Positions 1 through 12,249 of a stretch of DNA of 64,000 nt are shown here, piece by piece. This DNA is from Takakia lepidozioides (taxonomy: Eukaryota; Plantae; Bryophyta), in NCBI GenBank assembly GCA_030704615.1, contig CM060732.1, forward strand, positions 620,001 through 684,000, given 5' to 3'. A program made the translations under genes and the position numbers. The first letter of the stretch is position 1; the number at the start of each line of letters is the position of its first letter. The notes beneath the pieces are model-generated. The model saw only the letters and a list, made by a program, of their open reading frames with translations. It did not search any database and was not told the origin of the DNA.

Positions 1-1129
1 TATCACTACATGACTCCGGAAAGTTAGGGAGCATTGGTCAAACATTGTTGACCATGATGACAGGGATGGTTTATATGACTAGTGTGATATGTTTGACTAC
101 ACGTGGACGACGTTTCATGGAATCTTATGACTCCATGACTGAAGATGGTTTCAGAGCTCTATTTATACGACTTCATCACTACACGTGTCATTTTGAAGGC
201 ACATATAATGCAAATAAGGTTGCCCATTAAGTTTAAAAAAGTTAAAATTTTTGCTAATAAGGTTGCCCATTAGTGTAATCGTGAACAGAAAGGAGGGCTG
301 GGACTTGGCGTCTTTTTGTCTCCTGCGCCACACCACATAGCTGAGGGATGGAACGCGATGATAGCAGGATATGCAGGGGCGTGGGAGGCGTTGAGCAAAT
401 GATGCACGAAGGAGAAGAGGAGGAGGAGACGAGACGAGGAGAAGCGAGCTCGCCGTTCTTGGGAGAGTCAGCTTGGTCTTAGCAAGCGTGTTTCAATCTC
501 TGACTACTCATCTACGCCGTAGTGGTTCGATCTGACAGACCAATCCGACATTACCTGACTACAGACACAAGCAGCACACACAAGAGGTCATCGGTCAAAT
601 CCTCCATGGGTCAGGACAGGTCAAGGACAATGTGGTAGGGCACCTTCTTCTTCAACCTATTTCAGCCTGTGTTGCCCTCTCATCAGACTCGGCCGCAAGA
701 TGCATATTGAATTATGTAAGTTAGGTCGTTGGGTAGATCTGTGGTGGTTTGGAGTGACTTTGGCAAGTTACTGCCAGTGTGGCAGCAGGGAAGTATCCAA
801 AAACATATAATAGAGGTGAGGAGAAGCTTTGGGGTGAACACTTTCCGATCCCAATGGTGGGACAATGGAGACAAAAAGGCGAATGCCTGTTGGACTACAG
901 AGAGAAGCAGATGCATTTCAGATTGTGATAAGTAGGGTTGGGGTGTTTTGGGGAAGAACTCCACACCAGTATGGTTGGGGTGTTTGCTGGTAGAATTGTA
1001 GGCTGTCAGAGGCATGGATAGCTGAAGGAGCAGGGATAGAGTGTGGGTCCAGATTCATCCAAGAGGGCTGGATTTCAAGCTCCACATTACCTATGATTCC
1101 CTGTGGAAGGATAGGTACAAGAAACCTAC

Positions 1130-2060
1130 ATGGGTAGATGGTCAACTGGAAGCTGCATGTTGTACTATATGTCATTACTGTACTATATGTCATTCCAGAG
1201 ACTGTCATTGTTGGTCCATGTGTTTTACAACAATGCTATCAATATAAGACTCCTGGTTCGCATTGGAAGCTCAATCCCTGCAAGTTCATTGTGTGTGAAG
1301 CTCAAACTTGTGATTTGAAGGATCTTGTAGCCAAGTTCATTCAACCGGAAAGGAAAAATTCTGAAAGCTCCCAAATTTGATGTGGGCAAGCTTATGGAGG
1401 TAAGACTTAGCTTCCCTCCTCTAATGTAAGTGTTGGATAAGTTTCATTTAGTGTCGACCTTCACTGCATATATTGGCTCTTTTCTTGGCTGGTTTCATAT
1501 TTTCTTGGCTGGTATGCTGTTGGTTGGCTTCTTTCATTTCACGTGTGTAGTGGAAGGGGAGAAGTACTTTCCTAAGTTCTGCTGCAACAATGTCTTTTTC
1601 TAGCCTAGATGTTTTCGATGGATACAAATTGAAGTGCTTTGAATGTTGCTGCAATACTATAATAAAGTGGAGGGTGCTGAATGCAGTTGGCCTTGCTTCG
1701 TGTAGGCATAATCCAGGGAAATGTGGACATAGCTGAAACCCCATGATAGCATTTCCAGAGGACGGTGTGGATGGCCTCACAATCCAGCATGCAAAATCCA
1801 TGACAATGTGGAGCTGGCTGAATGGGCAAACAGGTTAAGTGGCGAACAAGCCACGTCACTGGTACATAGTTGCATGCTTACATAGTACATGAAAGCGTAC
1901 TATATGTCATTCCCGAAATTGACCATGTTGGTCCATGTATTTTACAACAATGCTATCAATAAAAAACCAATGGTTCGCATTGGAAACTCTATCCCCGTAA
2001 GTGGCTTGTGCGTGATGCTCAAACTTGTGATTTGAAGGATCTTATACCCCAGTTCATTGC
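1130..2060 (+). repeat. Diverged direct duplication (~1130-1345 vs ~1860-2060) of an unidentified, degenerate coding-like segment
   Basis: Both copies share 'gtactatatgtcattcc...ggtccatgt.ttttacaacaatgctatcaat...tggttcgcattggaa.ctc.atccc...gctcaaacttgtgatttgaaggatctt'. Confidence 0.6.
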
Positions 2061-2722
2061 AGAGGTGATTGGAAAAGACATTGAGAAGGCAACAGCCGTT
2101 ATCTATAATCTACAGATCCCCTTCAATTTGATGTGGGAAAGCCGGCTGGCTGGAGGTCTAGTCTCACTGCAATGTGGAGATGTTTGAAACAACATTGGAG
2201 CATTTCCAGAGGATGGTCTGGATGGCCTTTCGTGGCGTGTGCCGAATCCATGGCAAGAAAACATTGCAGGCAGAACCCATGGCAATGGTACCAGCACGGG
2301 TTGGTCCAAAGCCAATTGAACAACAAATGAATAAAGGGTGCTGAAAGGAAAGCACTCCATAATTGATCATAAAATCCAGTGTCCAAGCATGATATCTTAA
2401 TGGGAATGCGAAGGGAGTGTTACCACCTTAAACTATCATGCATGGTCTATAACTGGAGTGCACAAATTGCGCATATCTAATCTTCATCATCCTCATCTAT
2501 GTCTGGTCACTACATGTATCACTGTCTTCATCACAGACTTGATCTTGTCCAAGGGTTGGCTGAACATCATCACCACGTATACGGGGTGCTCGGAGGTACA
2601 AGGAGGCCACCTGCTCTGGAGTAACCGGTACCGCTCGGCTGCATGTTGGGCCATCAGTAACCAGAGTCTCCTCTAGTCTTTGTGGGGCTAACAATCCTTC
2701 CGCTTCCGCCACATCATCATTA

Positions 2723-3222
2723 NNNNNNNNNNNNNNNNNNNNNNNNNNNNNNNNNNNNNNNNNNNNNNNNNNNNNNNNNNNNNNNNNNNNNNNNNNNNNN
2801 NNNNNNNNNNNNNNNNNNNNNNNNNNNNNNNNNNNNNNNNNNNNNNNNNNNNNNNNNNNNNNNNNNNNNNNNNNNNNNNNNNNNNNNNNNNNNNNNNNNN
2901 NNNNNNNNNNNNNNNNNNNNNNNNNNNNNNNNNNNNNNNNNNNNNNNNNNNNNNNNNNNNNNNNNNNNNNNNNNNNNNNNNNNNNNNNNNNNNNNNNNNN
3001 NNNNNNNNNNNNNNNNNNNNNNNNNNNNNNNNNNNNNNNNNNNNNNNNNNNNNNNNNNNNNNNNNNNNNNNNNNNNNNNNNNNNNNNNNNNNNNNNNNNN
3101 NNNNNNNNNNNNNNNNNNNNNNNNNNNNNNNNNNNNNNNNNNNNNNNNNNNNNNNNNNNNNNNNNNNNNNNNNNNNNNNNNNNNNNNNNNNNNNNNNNNN
3201 NNNNNNNNNNNNNNNNNNNNNN
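2723..3222. other. Assembly gap (500 N)
   Basis: Run of n characters. Confidence 1.
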
Positions 3223-4600
3223 TCCCACGCCAAACATGGCCGAATCAGTGCATTCATCCTGGCGTGCCTCCTCTGCAGCGCATCTGGGGGCCATCCTACT
3301 GCATCAACGGAGACATTGTGAGTCAATATGCATCAATGCATGTACAGCGAGTTCTTGAAAGGGAATCAGTGGGGGCTTGGGGCCGGACAGGCAGGAAATG
3401 CTGATGCGGACTGTCTCCAATCGAAGAATCCTCGGAAGTGGGCGGCGGCTTTGCGAGAGGGCCTTCGACAAACGCCATTGCTTCGAAGAGGCCAACATTT
3501 GGAATGAAGATGTTCATACCCGTCCAGTGAGACGCAGACTTGACGATGCACCTGCAGGGAAGAGGATTCATGCGAGCTACACGAATATTCGCACGCTCCC
3601 CTCGTGTCCCGTGATGTTTCCTTAGGAGGTCTCGTCGAGCACCGCAAGTCCTGCACGTTCAAGATCGCCATCTCCTTTGAGCACAGGCACGTGGCCCGGG
3701 ACATAAAAACGAGCCATCTGTGGTAACGCATTACAACATACCCATTGTGAACAATAGTGTCGGAGCATAGTGGGAGAATTGCAAGGCATTGCCGCCGCAT
3801 TTCGAGGGAAGTGCTGCGCCATGTCGCGTGGATACGAGAGCACACTGTGGTGAGATGATTTGGAGGAACCCACACGGTGCTTACTGGCACCTTGTTTCAC
3901 AGCGGGCAAATTTTTGACTCCCACATTTGCTCACCGCCACAACGCATACTTTTGGTTCTGTAGGCACGACATAATGACCTGTGTATTTGGCAAGCCCAAG
4001 TACGGGATTCAGGAATGCCGGAGCCTCCGGGCGGTCTGGCCTGTTGCCCCAGATTGCACAGCCTCTCTCAGAATAGGGCGGAGGCCTCTATCTTCTGCAC
4101 AGGATTTCGAATGGTGCAACGCACAGACGTCCCGGCCCACGCATTTCCTGTTCCTAGACCCACCATGCAGACTGCTCGTCCGTAGAGACGGATTGGACAT
4201 TCTGCACATCCCACAATGCGATTCGGAAGAGTGAAGAGACGACCCCCCCAACGTTGAATGAGACTCGGATTGCCAATGCTCTTTGGGAGGGCTTGCACTA
4301 TTCAGAGCTCCGTTACGTCCTCCACTCCGGCCTTGGGCGTGTTTATCGGATGCCAACGGCCGGCTGTCTGTACGGGACGATGTATACACGATTACAATTG
4401 GAGTGGAGCCGACTTGCAATTGTCGGACTTCTCGTTTCTGGAAGCAAAGAAGGGTTCAAAGTATTATCCGTGCAAGCATCTGTATTAACATTACCTGAAG
4501 AGGTTGAGGATGAACTGACTATTGATGACTTTATTCATGCCCGGCGTTGAGCGTGAACGAGCTGCACAAACTCCTCCTTAGGGATTCCAGAAATCATTGA
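3223..4600 (+). pseudogene. MULE transposase C-terminal half (catalytic E region and SWIM finger), frameshifted
   Basis: PNMAESVHSSW (catalytic-E motif), GPDRQE, FWFCRHD, VWPV and YTITIGVEPTCNC...YPCKHLY are colinear with 16005-19509. Confidence 0.8.
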
Positions 4601-4764
4601 TGGGGCAAAGTGAATCCTCCATATGGATTTTTCAATTGCATTTCATGTATCAAGACTTTTTTTTGCAGTGTAATGAAATGCACCCACACCCAAAACTCCT
4701 GGAATGAGTCTATCCATTCAAACTGAGATCCAACAGAAGCATTGTGGTGGGCCATTTTTCTGGA

Positions 4765-5165
4765 AAAATGGCGCCGAATTTTCTCTATTTTGGGCCGAAA
4801 ACTGCCTGCTAAGTCCCAACATGCAACTGGTACCCGGTGTCAGGAAAGAATGGCGCCTGAATTCCCGTGTTTTGGGCCGAAAACTGCTAAGTCCGAACAT
4901 GCTCGGGAACGATGTCTGGAAAATTGGCGGCCGCATTTCCATTTACATGGCCCAGACTGCCCAACATCTTTGCAATCCCGGCACCATTGTAACCGAAATT
5001 CTAGCGCCACATTTCCAAATTTTTGGGCTTACACAACCTTTCATGAGGGACCTATAGCCGCGGAATTCGGCACCATTTTTTGTCAGAGAGACCTATTACC
5101 GCGAAATACGTCACGATTCTTTCCGGTTACGGACCCTATTACCGTGAAATTCGGCGCCATTTTTG
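4765..5165. repeat. Subterminal palindrome cluster (AAAATGGCGCCGAATTT type)
   Basis: Multiple copies in both orientations; mirrored at 37870-38275. Confidence 0.8.
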
Positions 5166-5836
5166 CACATGTCGCTGGGAATTGGCATGAGCGGAAGACG
5201 AAATATCATGAGCACAACTCTCAAAACTACAATTTCCCCTTCAAGGTGCCGAAAATATATTTGTTTTTTCTGACACATTGCATTAAATTAATGTTTTATA
5301 ATGTTTTTTATTTTTGAAATTTGTACTTCTGCTCATGAAAACCGATTGTCTTGCTACTCCGCTCATGCCGCTCATGCCGCTCATGCTCATGAAATAGCTA
5401 ACCTCATCGACATGAGCCATGAGCAGAGTCGTAAGTGTCGAAAAAAACATGAGCAAGACTATTTTCCAGAAATGAGTGTCCACGGGAATAGGGTTGAGGG
5501 TGTCACGGTCATAGGGGGAGAAGGACCTCCCGATGAAGGAGGTTCGGCAATGTTTTTTAGAATTACCAATTGAAAGGCAATGTTTCGCGAATGGTAGGGT
5601 GGTACCGCTCTGTAGAATGAGGGCCCATTTCAGCCTACCAGCCACTTGCAAAATCCACCCACACTCCCAATCCCAAACGAAATGAGGAATGATGCATTTT
5701 GGGAACGATGGATACAGAATAGAACAAAAGGAGGGCACAATGGGGTTTTTATTGATCCACATGAATTGCATTTGAAGCACGTCTACTGTGCTGATTGTGC
5801 AAACAAATCTTTAGCCCTGTGCCTTCTGAATACAAA

Positions 5837-6403
5837 TCATGTTGTCAATGGGACTTCGACTGCTCTGAAAACTAGCTCATGAGTCATCGGGCTCCTCCAG
5901 GTAAACTGGATTGCAGCCATTGTACCGCCCCTATTGATGTTCACCACAATGTCGTGCCCTTCAATCATACCACCATCGAATATGGAAAGCTTCACATTTT
6001 CGTCGTCCACACCAATGCGAATGTCCCCATACGATGGAGAAGAGGAGTGCACTCCTTCAGAAGTATACGTCTCTCCGATGGAGTCCACCCACGTCCACTG
6101 GCAGCAGTTCCACTGCAACAGCATAGCAGTGCGCATTCTTCTGCATGGGTGCCCGTCGTAGCTGGGAAAATCGGAATCAAGGATGCGCAGGAGCCACGGA
6201 CTCCTCAGACCAAGATCGTCACCCCGCTCGAAGGCGTGGTGGCCTGGGATATACTCAAAAGCGGACAATGTTTCCACATTCGAACCAGTTCCTTCTGTGT
6301 AAACTGTGTACCAGATAACGATGTCTCCCGATGTGGCCGAATACATTGCATAATCGAAGCCTCCATAAGGGCAGTCGTCCCGGTTCCGGAAGCACGACAT
6401 CCT
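5837..6403 (-). CDS. Unknown ~190-aa protein, paralog 1
   Basis: Open ORF (MSCFRNRDDCPY...ELVFRAVEVP) that aligns end-to-end with the opposite-strand paralog at 6960-7536. Confidence 0.55.
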   Translation of the reverse strand, partial: RMSCFRNRDDCPYGGFDYAMYSATSGDIVIWYTVYTEGTGSNVETLSAFEYIPGHHAFERGDDLGLRSPWLLRILDSDFPSYDGHPCRRMRTAMLLQWNCCQWTWVDSIGETYTSEGVHSSSPSYGDIRIGVDDENVKLSIFDGGMIEGHDIVVNINRGGTMAAIQFTWRSPMTHELVFRAVEVPLTT

Positions 6404-6959
6404 TGCAAAGGAGGACCTGAGGACGTCTTTGATGCCGATGACAATGACCTTGCGGACAACAACGAAGCCCTTAGATTTTTGAAATGATGAGAAGCGGAAG
6501 AGCAGTGCGGGCTCCAATAATGGAGCATCTGGGTCCCACGTACCCACCAATCATCGTGTAACGTGTTCATCACGCCAGCGGTGGATGAACCGATACCTCT
6601 TTCTCATCCACGGGGTATAGTTTGAAATCTACCACCGAAGTCCATCCCCCGGATGGAAATTCGGCGCCGCATTTACATTGAAGGGGGGATGGACTTCGAC
6701 ATCTCGAGTGGCTATAGGCCCACCTGGCACTTACTGCCCATAATTTGCATGGCAGGGAAGGAAACTGAAACGGCTACATTCATGGAGCAGCCAATCTTCA
6801 TCCGTGCAGGTTCCTGTAGGGGGGGAATTTAAATGTGCCCTGGAGTGTTTGTGAGGAATTGCACCGTTTGTATGAACTTCTTCTAGCCACCGCGCTGCTG
6901 CCTCCTCCATCCGGGAGCTGCTGTCATTGAGCGTACTCCACTACTTTTTTTTTTCAAGG

Positions 6960-7536
6960 ATGCCGTGCCGCCGAAATCCTACTGACTGCCCTTATCATGG
7001 CCACGATTATGCTATGTTCAAACCAGAATCAGGAGACATCATTGTCTGGCTCTCTGTTTTCACATACGCTTCTGGAATCAAGCGGGAGTCTTTGCGTTCA
7101 ATGGAGTATTTGGAGGGCTATTACCGCTTTGAGCGAGGTGAGGGCGAGGGTCAATGCGGTCCGTGGGTCCTGAAAATTGTTGACCTCAATATACCAAGCT
7201 AGAATGGGATGCCGGACAGATCACGCACGGCCTCGCTTTGGCGCTGGAACTCCTGCTAGTGGACTGGGGAGGACGGCACCGGGGAAAACTATATTCGTGG
7301 AGTTCACTCCGCTCTTCCAGTGTGGAGACATTCGGCTGAGTTGCGAATTCGAATCGCACGGGCACATGAGGCCCACAGTGACCTTGTCAATGTATGATGG
7401 TGGTATGATTGATGGGCATGACATTGCCGTCAGCTCCACCAAGGGCACCAGAATGACCGCATTGCAGTTTACCTCGAGGTGCCGCATCAGTAATGAGCTT
7501 GTTTTGAGGGCTATCAAAGTTCCGTCGACTTGGTGA
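6960..7536 (+). pseudogene. Unknown ~190-aa protein, paralog 2 (stops and a frameshift)
   Basis: MPCRRNPTDCPYHGHDYAMF..SGDIIVW...DGGMIDGHDI...ALQFT...ELVLRAIKVP; in-frame TAG at 7200. Confidence 0.6.
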
Positions 7537-7809
7537 CGCCCATGTAGAAGAAGGAAGGGTTTAGATTTGTCTGGAGTTGCTAAATGTGAGACACCGTGTT
7601 CGATCAATAAAACAACCCATCGTACCTCACTTCTGTGTGCTTGTGTTTCATTGTGTTCAAGAACTGCCGTAATTGGCCCACTGTTTACAATTTGTGGTCT
7701 CATTTCTACAATGTGTCTGTCCATATGAATAAACCAGAGTCAGCGATATCAGAGTCCTGAGGTGAAGGAAATCCAAGTATGAGTAAAAAGAAACATGTAC
7801 ATGCTGAAG

Positions 7810-9190
7810 CTCGAAAATTCGGCACCGCATTTCATTTTTCTCCATGCAGCGATTTCTGGCAGCTCCCTTTCCTCCGTTGTGGTCGTAACGGAAATGTTGT
7901 ACCACGTTTCATTTCTTGACATGGCATTACCATACTTCGAATTGGAAATGCGGCACCGCATTTCCATATTGGACCTTGAATTGTCCAAGCATGTCCAATC
8001 GCCAATGCTTGTCCATGTCCATTCTGGAAATGCGGCACCGCATTTCCATGTCCATCATCGAAATTTCGTACTGGACAATGGAATGCGGCACCGCATTTTC
8101 GTCCAGCACAATGGAATGCGGTGCCGCATTTCCGTGGAAGGGTCTGGAATTGGACAAACAACGATGTCCGTTCTGAAAATGCGGCACCGCATTTCCATGT
8201 CCGTCATCAAAATTTCGTATTGGACAATGGAATGCGGTGCCGCATTTCCGTCCAGCTAGACGGAATACCCACACGGGTTTGGAATTGGATAAACAACGAT
8301 GTGGGCCTTGGAAATGCGGCGCCGCATTTCCATGTTTGGCAATCGAAAGTTCTTATTGGACAATGGAATGCGGTGCCGCATTTCCGTCCAGTACGATGGA
8401 ATGCGGTGCCACATTTACGTCCAGCACGATGGAATGCGGTGCCGCATTTCCTTCCAAGGGTCTGGAATTGGACAAACAACGATGTCCAATCTGGAAATGC
8501 GGCACCGCATTTCCATGTCCATCATCAAAATTTTGTATTGGACAATGGAATGCGGTGCCGCATTTCCGTCCAACAAGACGGAATGCCCACACGGGTCTGG
8601 AATTTGACAAACAACGATGTCTGTTTTGGAAATGCAGCGCCGCATTTCCATGTTTGGCAATTGAAAGTTCTTATTGGACAATGTAATGCGGTGCCGCATT
8701 TCCGTCCAAGGGTCTGGAATTGGACAAACAACGATGTCCGTTATGGAAATGCGGCGCTGCATTTCCATGTACGTCATCGAAATTTCTTATTGGACAATGG
8801 AATGCGGTGCCGCATTCCCGTCTAGCATCATGGAATGGGGAGCCGCATTTCCGTCAATGGGTCTGCAGTTGGAAAAACGTCCATCTCCAAAATGGAAATG
8901 CGGCACCGCATTTCCATGTCCGCCATTTAAATTACGTGTTCGACCTCCGCATGCGAAGTGACATTTCCATTTACCTCCATGGAAGGAGCAATCGGCAAAA
9001 CTGCCGTGTCGAAAACAGAAATGCGGCACCGCATTTCCGTTCGGCCGAACAGTTTCTGATGTCCAAACCATGAAACGGAAAATTGTTCTTGCCCCGGTTT
9101 TGGAAATGCGGTGCCGCATTTCCAAACGAGGTTTTTACAGTTGCCACATTTCCGTTCCTACATGGAAATGCAGTGCCGCATTTCCGATTT
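7810..9190. repeat. Tandem array of GGAAATGCGGCACCGCATTTCC palindromes
   Basis: Dozens of copies, alternating in orientation and embedded in higher-order repeat units. Confidence 0.95.
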
Positions 9191-9354
9191 TGGGAGGGAC
9201 GTGGTTTGGACGATGGTGTCGTTGAGAAGCACAGGGGAGACAGGGATGCCTTGGCGTGAGCCTGGTCACGTGAGCGCGTGAGCGCAACTGCGCTCACTAA
9301 ATCTGACATAAGGCATCGGCTACAGGGGACCGGCAAACAAGAGTAATGTGCATT

Positions 9355-11276
9355 GGCAACCGGTAGGGTGCCTTGGCAGGCGGTTCCGATCCCGGTATCA
9401 CCTCAATCTTGTGGTCAACTCCTCTTCGCGGTGGCAAGCCGCTTGGTAAATCCTCCGGCATCACATCCTGGTATTTCTTCAAAATCCCCTTGATCCAATC
9501 TGGGCTCGGCTCCCCATCGCCTTCTCCTTTCACTTCTCTGATGTAAAGCAAAAATTGGGGCTCGTGTGCCTCCTCCACGGCCCACTCCTTTGCTGACAGA
9601 AGGTTTATTCGCCCTCCCACGGATTTGGGCGTTTCCGACACTCGTAAAACCTCGCCACCATTCCCACATGGCAGCGTGACTACTCTCTTGCGGCCATCTA
9701 TGACCGCTCCGGATTTGCTCAAAAAGGTCATCCCCAAAATGAGATCCACTCCATCGATCTCGCAGATGGTGAAGTTCTCACGTCCCTCCCAACTCCCCAG
9801 TTGAAGAGGGACATCAAACGCCAACCTTGTCGCCAACTGTGGTTCTCCTTTGGCAGAACGCACCTCAATAGAGGCCCCCACATCACTTGTCGGGAGTCCC
9901 AACTTTCACGCCGCCGCCGGCGTCATGAAGGAGTGCGACGCTCCTGTGTCCACCAACAACGACACGTTAGTCACGGATATTATCCCATCCACGAACAATA
10001 ACTGACTCCCTTTACGCAGGGCGCCAGTTTCCTGATACAACTCACAAGAATAGTTGCCTACCTTGCAAGTCCTGGCGACCTCCGCTTCCACCAAGCGACT
10101 GATGGTATCTTCCGACAGCTCCGTGGTTGCTCGAGTCATGTTCAATTGTCGAGGTTTTGTGCAGTTCTTGGCCATGTGCCCGGGCTCCCCGCAATTGAAA
10201 CACACTCCATCAAAGGTCGCCTTCTGTCCGCCATAAGCCGCTCCACCCGCTTTTCATTTCGAAGCATCGGGTGCCGCCTTGACGTGTGAAGGCCCTCCCT
10301 TCGATTTCCACGTGCCATTGTCGCCACGTGGCCTATCCCACTTCTTTTCCGGTCAGGAGGAGTCACCTTCCCGCCGGGTCTTCTTGTGGTTCAGCTCCGT
10401 ACGGCCTTGTCTCTCACCCCTAGGGACATCCGAGAAACATTCAGCCCTCTCAATTGCCTCGTTCAAAGTCTTGGGTGGCTTCTCCTCCAACTTCCGCCTG
10501 GCCCATGGGGCCAATCCCGCCACAAAGTTGAAGACCATTTCTGGTTCTGCCATGTCCGCGACTTCGAGCAACAGCACATTGAAAGCCTGGACATACCCCC
10601 GAATGTCATCTGTTTGCTTCAAATTCCTCATCTTGTCCCGGGCAAGCCAGGACGAGTTGAGGGGCACAAACTGTCTCTTCATCAATTCCTTGAACCCACT
10701 CCAGTTCAAGGTTTCCGGGCTTGGGCCTCGGTCGTGAAGGCGTTTCTGCCACCATTGTTGAGCATAGCCCCTCAAATAGGTGGGAGTCACTTCCACCCGA
10801 TCCTCGTCACTCAACTTGGCCGCCTGGAAGTACTGCTCTAGCTCCAGGAGCCAGGTGTTGAGTGCCTTCCGATTTTGGACGCCCTCGAAGGTGCCGGGTT
10901 CCTTAGGCTTCACCTTAAACTTTGCCTTAGTGGAAGTGGCATTAGCCGCCTTCAACACGTCTTTCAACGTCCCGCCAAACTGCGCCAACAACCCTTCCCA
11001 AAAGGCTGCCGGCATGGGAGGCATCTGTTGGTCGGTCGGAGCTCTCACGGATTCCTCGGGCTCCGACTCCTCGGATTCCTCCCGCTCTTGAGCGGCCTCG
11101 CTTTCAGAAACTTGCGTCGCTTCCTCAAACGGCCGCTTCGGTGACACGTCGCCCCCATCGGGCTCACCAGGATCATCATCTTTTGGGCCGTTCCGCTTTC
11201 GCTTTGGCTTGCCCGACCCCATGATGAGGCCAATCCCAAGGACGATTGCGTACTGAACTCTAAGCTCTGATACCAA
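9355..11276 (-). pseudogene. gag-protease polyprotein remnant
   Basis: ORFs 10353-11276 (gag), 9906-10205 (CFNCGEPGHMAKNC, DTG) and 9297-9902, joined by frameshifts. Confidence 0.85.
11264..11275 (-). promoter_or_regulatory. Primer-binding site for initiator tRNA-Met
   Basis: TGGTATCAGAGC, 2 nt downstream of the LTR end. Confidence 0.9.
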
Positions 11277-11277
11277 G

Positions 11278-12006
11278 TGTCGCGCACCTCACTTCGGTAA
11301 GCTCCCCTTCAAGTCATAGTTACTCGCTTTGATGCGCGCGCCTGACTCCCAACCTGGCCGCCCGGGCCAACTTGGAGCTTTGGCTGCTCACCGGGACATA
11401 ACAGTCCCCCTTCGCTTCCCACTAAACCCTCCACCTATTTGGGACTAGGAGAATTCCCTTTGGTAGATGGCAGTCCGGAACAGCTCCCCACTCTTTGGTC
11501 GCTTTCCGGCTCGCTCGCTTACTCACTAGTTTTTGGTCACCAACGGGCTTGCACCGTTCTCGGGGTCACTACTCCCCTTATATATACTTATGTAGCTGTC
11601 CGCGGGGGTTTCACAACCAGCCATGCCATTTTATGGCGAACCACCACGAAAACCCTCGACTCCCGGTGATGAGTCGCGGTGAGTCTTGGCCCACTCACCA
11701 CGGCCCCTATGGACCGTGATGAGTCCCAAGACTCCCCACGACTCCCACCACGAGATCTCCGCCCCCATGGTGAGTCCTATGCCACCCCCACTAAGTCCCG
11801 CTAAGCTACCACCACCCCTTGTGGAGCCACCCCCACCGCAACCCGGTGTGCGGGGCTCCACCTAGTGAGCGCCTCCGCTTCCCTGAGTGCCTTGGGCACT
11901 CAAGGGTGCTTCAGCCCCCCATACCTATCGCTACCGCTGCCCCCACCACAGGGGCAACCCCTCATGTGTCCCGACCCCCCTGCCCTCAAGGCAAAGGCCT
12001 GCGACA
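11278..12006 (-). repeat. 5' LTR (729 bp)
   Basis: TG...CA ends with a terminal inverted repeat and an adjacent PBS; the end is shared with 36640-36791. Confidence 0.85.
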
Positions 12007-12249
12007 ACCTCTCAACAACTCTGGATGTGAATGTCGTCAACGCCATTCAGGGACATTATCAATTCTAATCAGGGACACTATAATTACACCCTAAGCTCCT
12101 AATCCAGGTGAATTCAAATTCTCGCTTAAGAATAACTCAGACAAAGAAGTGAATGTCGTCAACGACATTCAATTTGGATCTATGATTACAATCCTTATGA
12201 AGCCAAATTATTTCCCAAAAAGTGCAGTAGAGTTTCCAGTATGATATTG

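Larger units (their letters stand above)
3223..5405 (+). mobile_element. MULE copy A: transposase-side end of a Mutator-like element; the rest is lost in or beyond the gap
   Basis: 4250-5405 is near-identical to the reverse complement of 37639-38775. It ends with the same terminus (...gctcatgaaatagctaacctc). Confidence 0.85.
5406..9354. mobile_element. Putative non-autonomous MULE-family segment B (may be two fused pieces)
   Basis: 5410-5510 resembles the reverse complement of the copy C right end (catgagc repeats, gtgtccacgg.aatagggtt). 9253-9296 resembles the reverse complement of 20060-20110. It contains a palindrome array. Confidence 0.45.
9355..12006 (-). mobile_element. Ty3/Gypsy (chromovirus-like) LTR retrotransposon, 3'-truncated: 5' LTR, PBS, gag, protease
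   Basis: LTR 11278-12006 (TGTCGC...GCGACA), PBS TGGTATCAGAGC at 11264-11275, gag, CCHC knuckle, protease LVDTGASHSF, and a pre-RT linker LPPRRGVDHKIEV...APYRL where it breaks. Confidence 0.9.

Noticed and set aside
1-275. Small CACTA element (cacta at 4, tagtg at 271)
   Set aside because: No extended TIR or 3-bp TSD.
2497-3404. ORFs spanning the N run
   Set aside because: Open only because of the gap.
7749-9125. Many overlapping ORFs across the repeat arrays
   Set aside because: They are artefacts of stop-poor palindromic repeats, read alike on both strands.
7810-9190. CRISPR-like appearance of the palindromic repeat arrays (also 53395-55330 and 57660-58385)
   Set aside because: The spacers are themselves repeated in higher-order units, there are no cas genes, and the context is eukaryotic.
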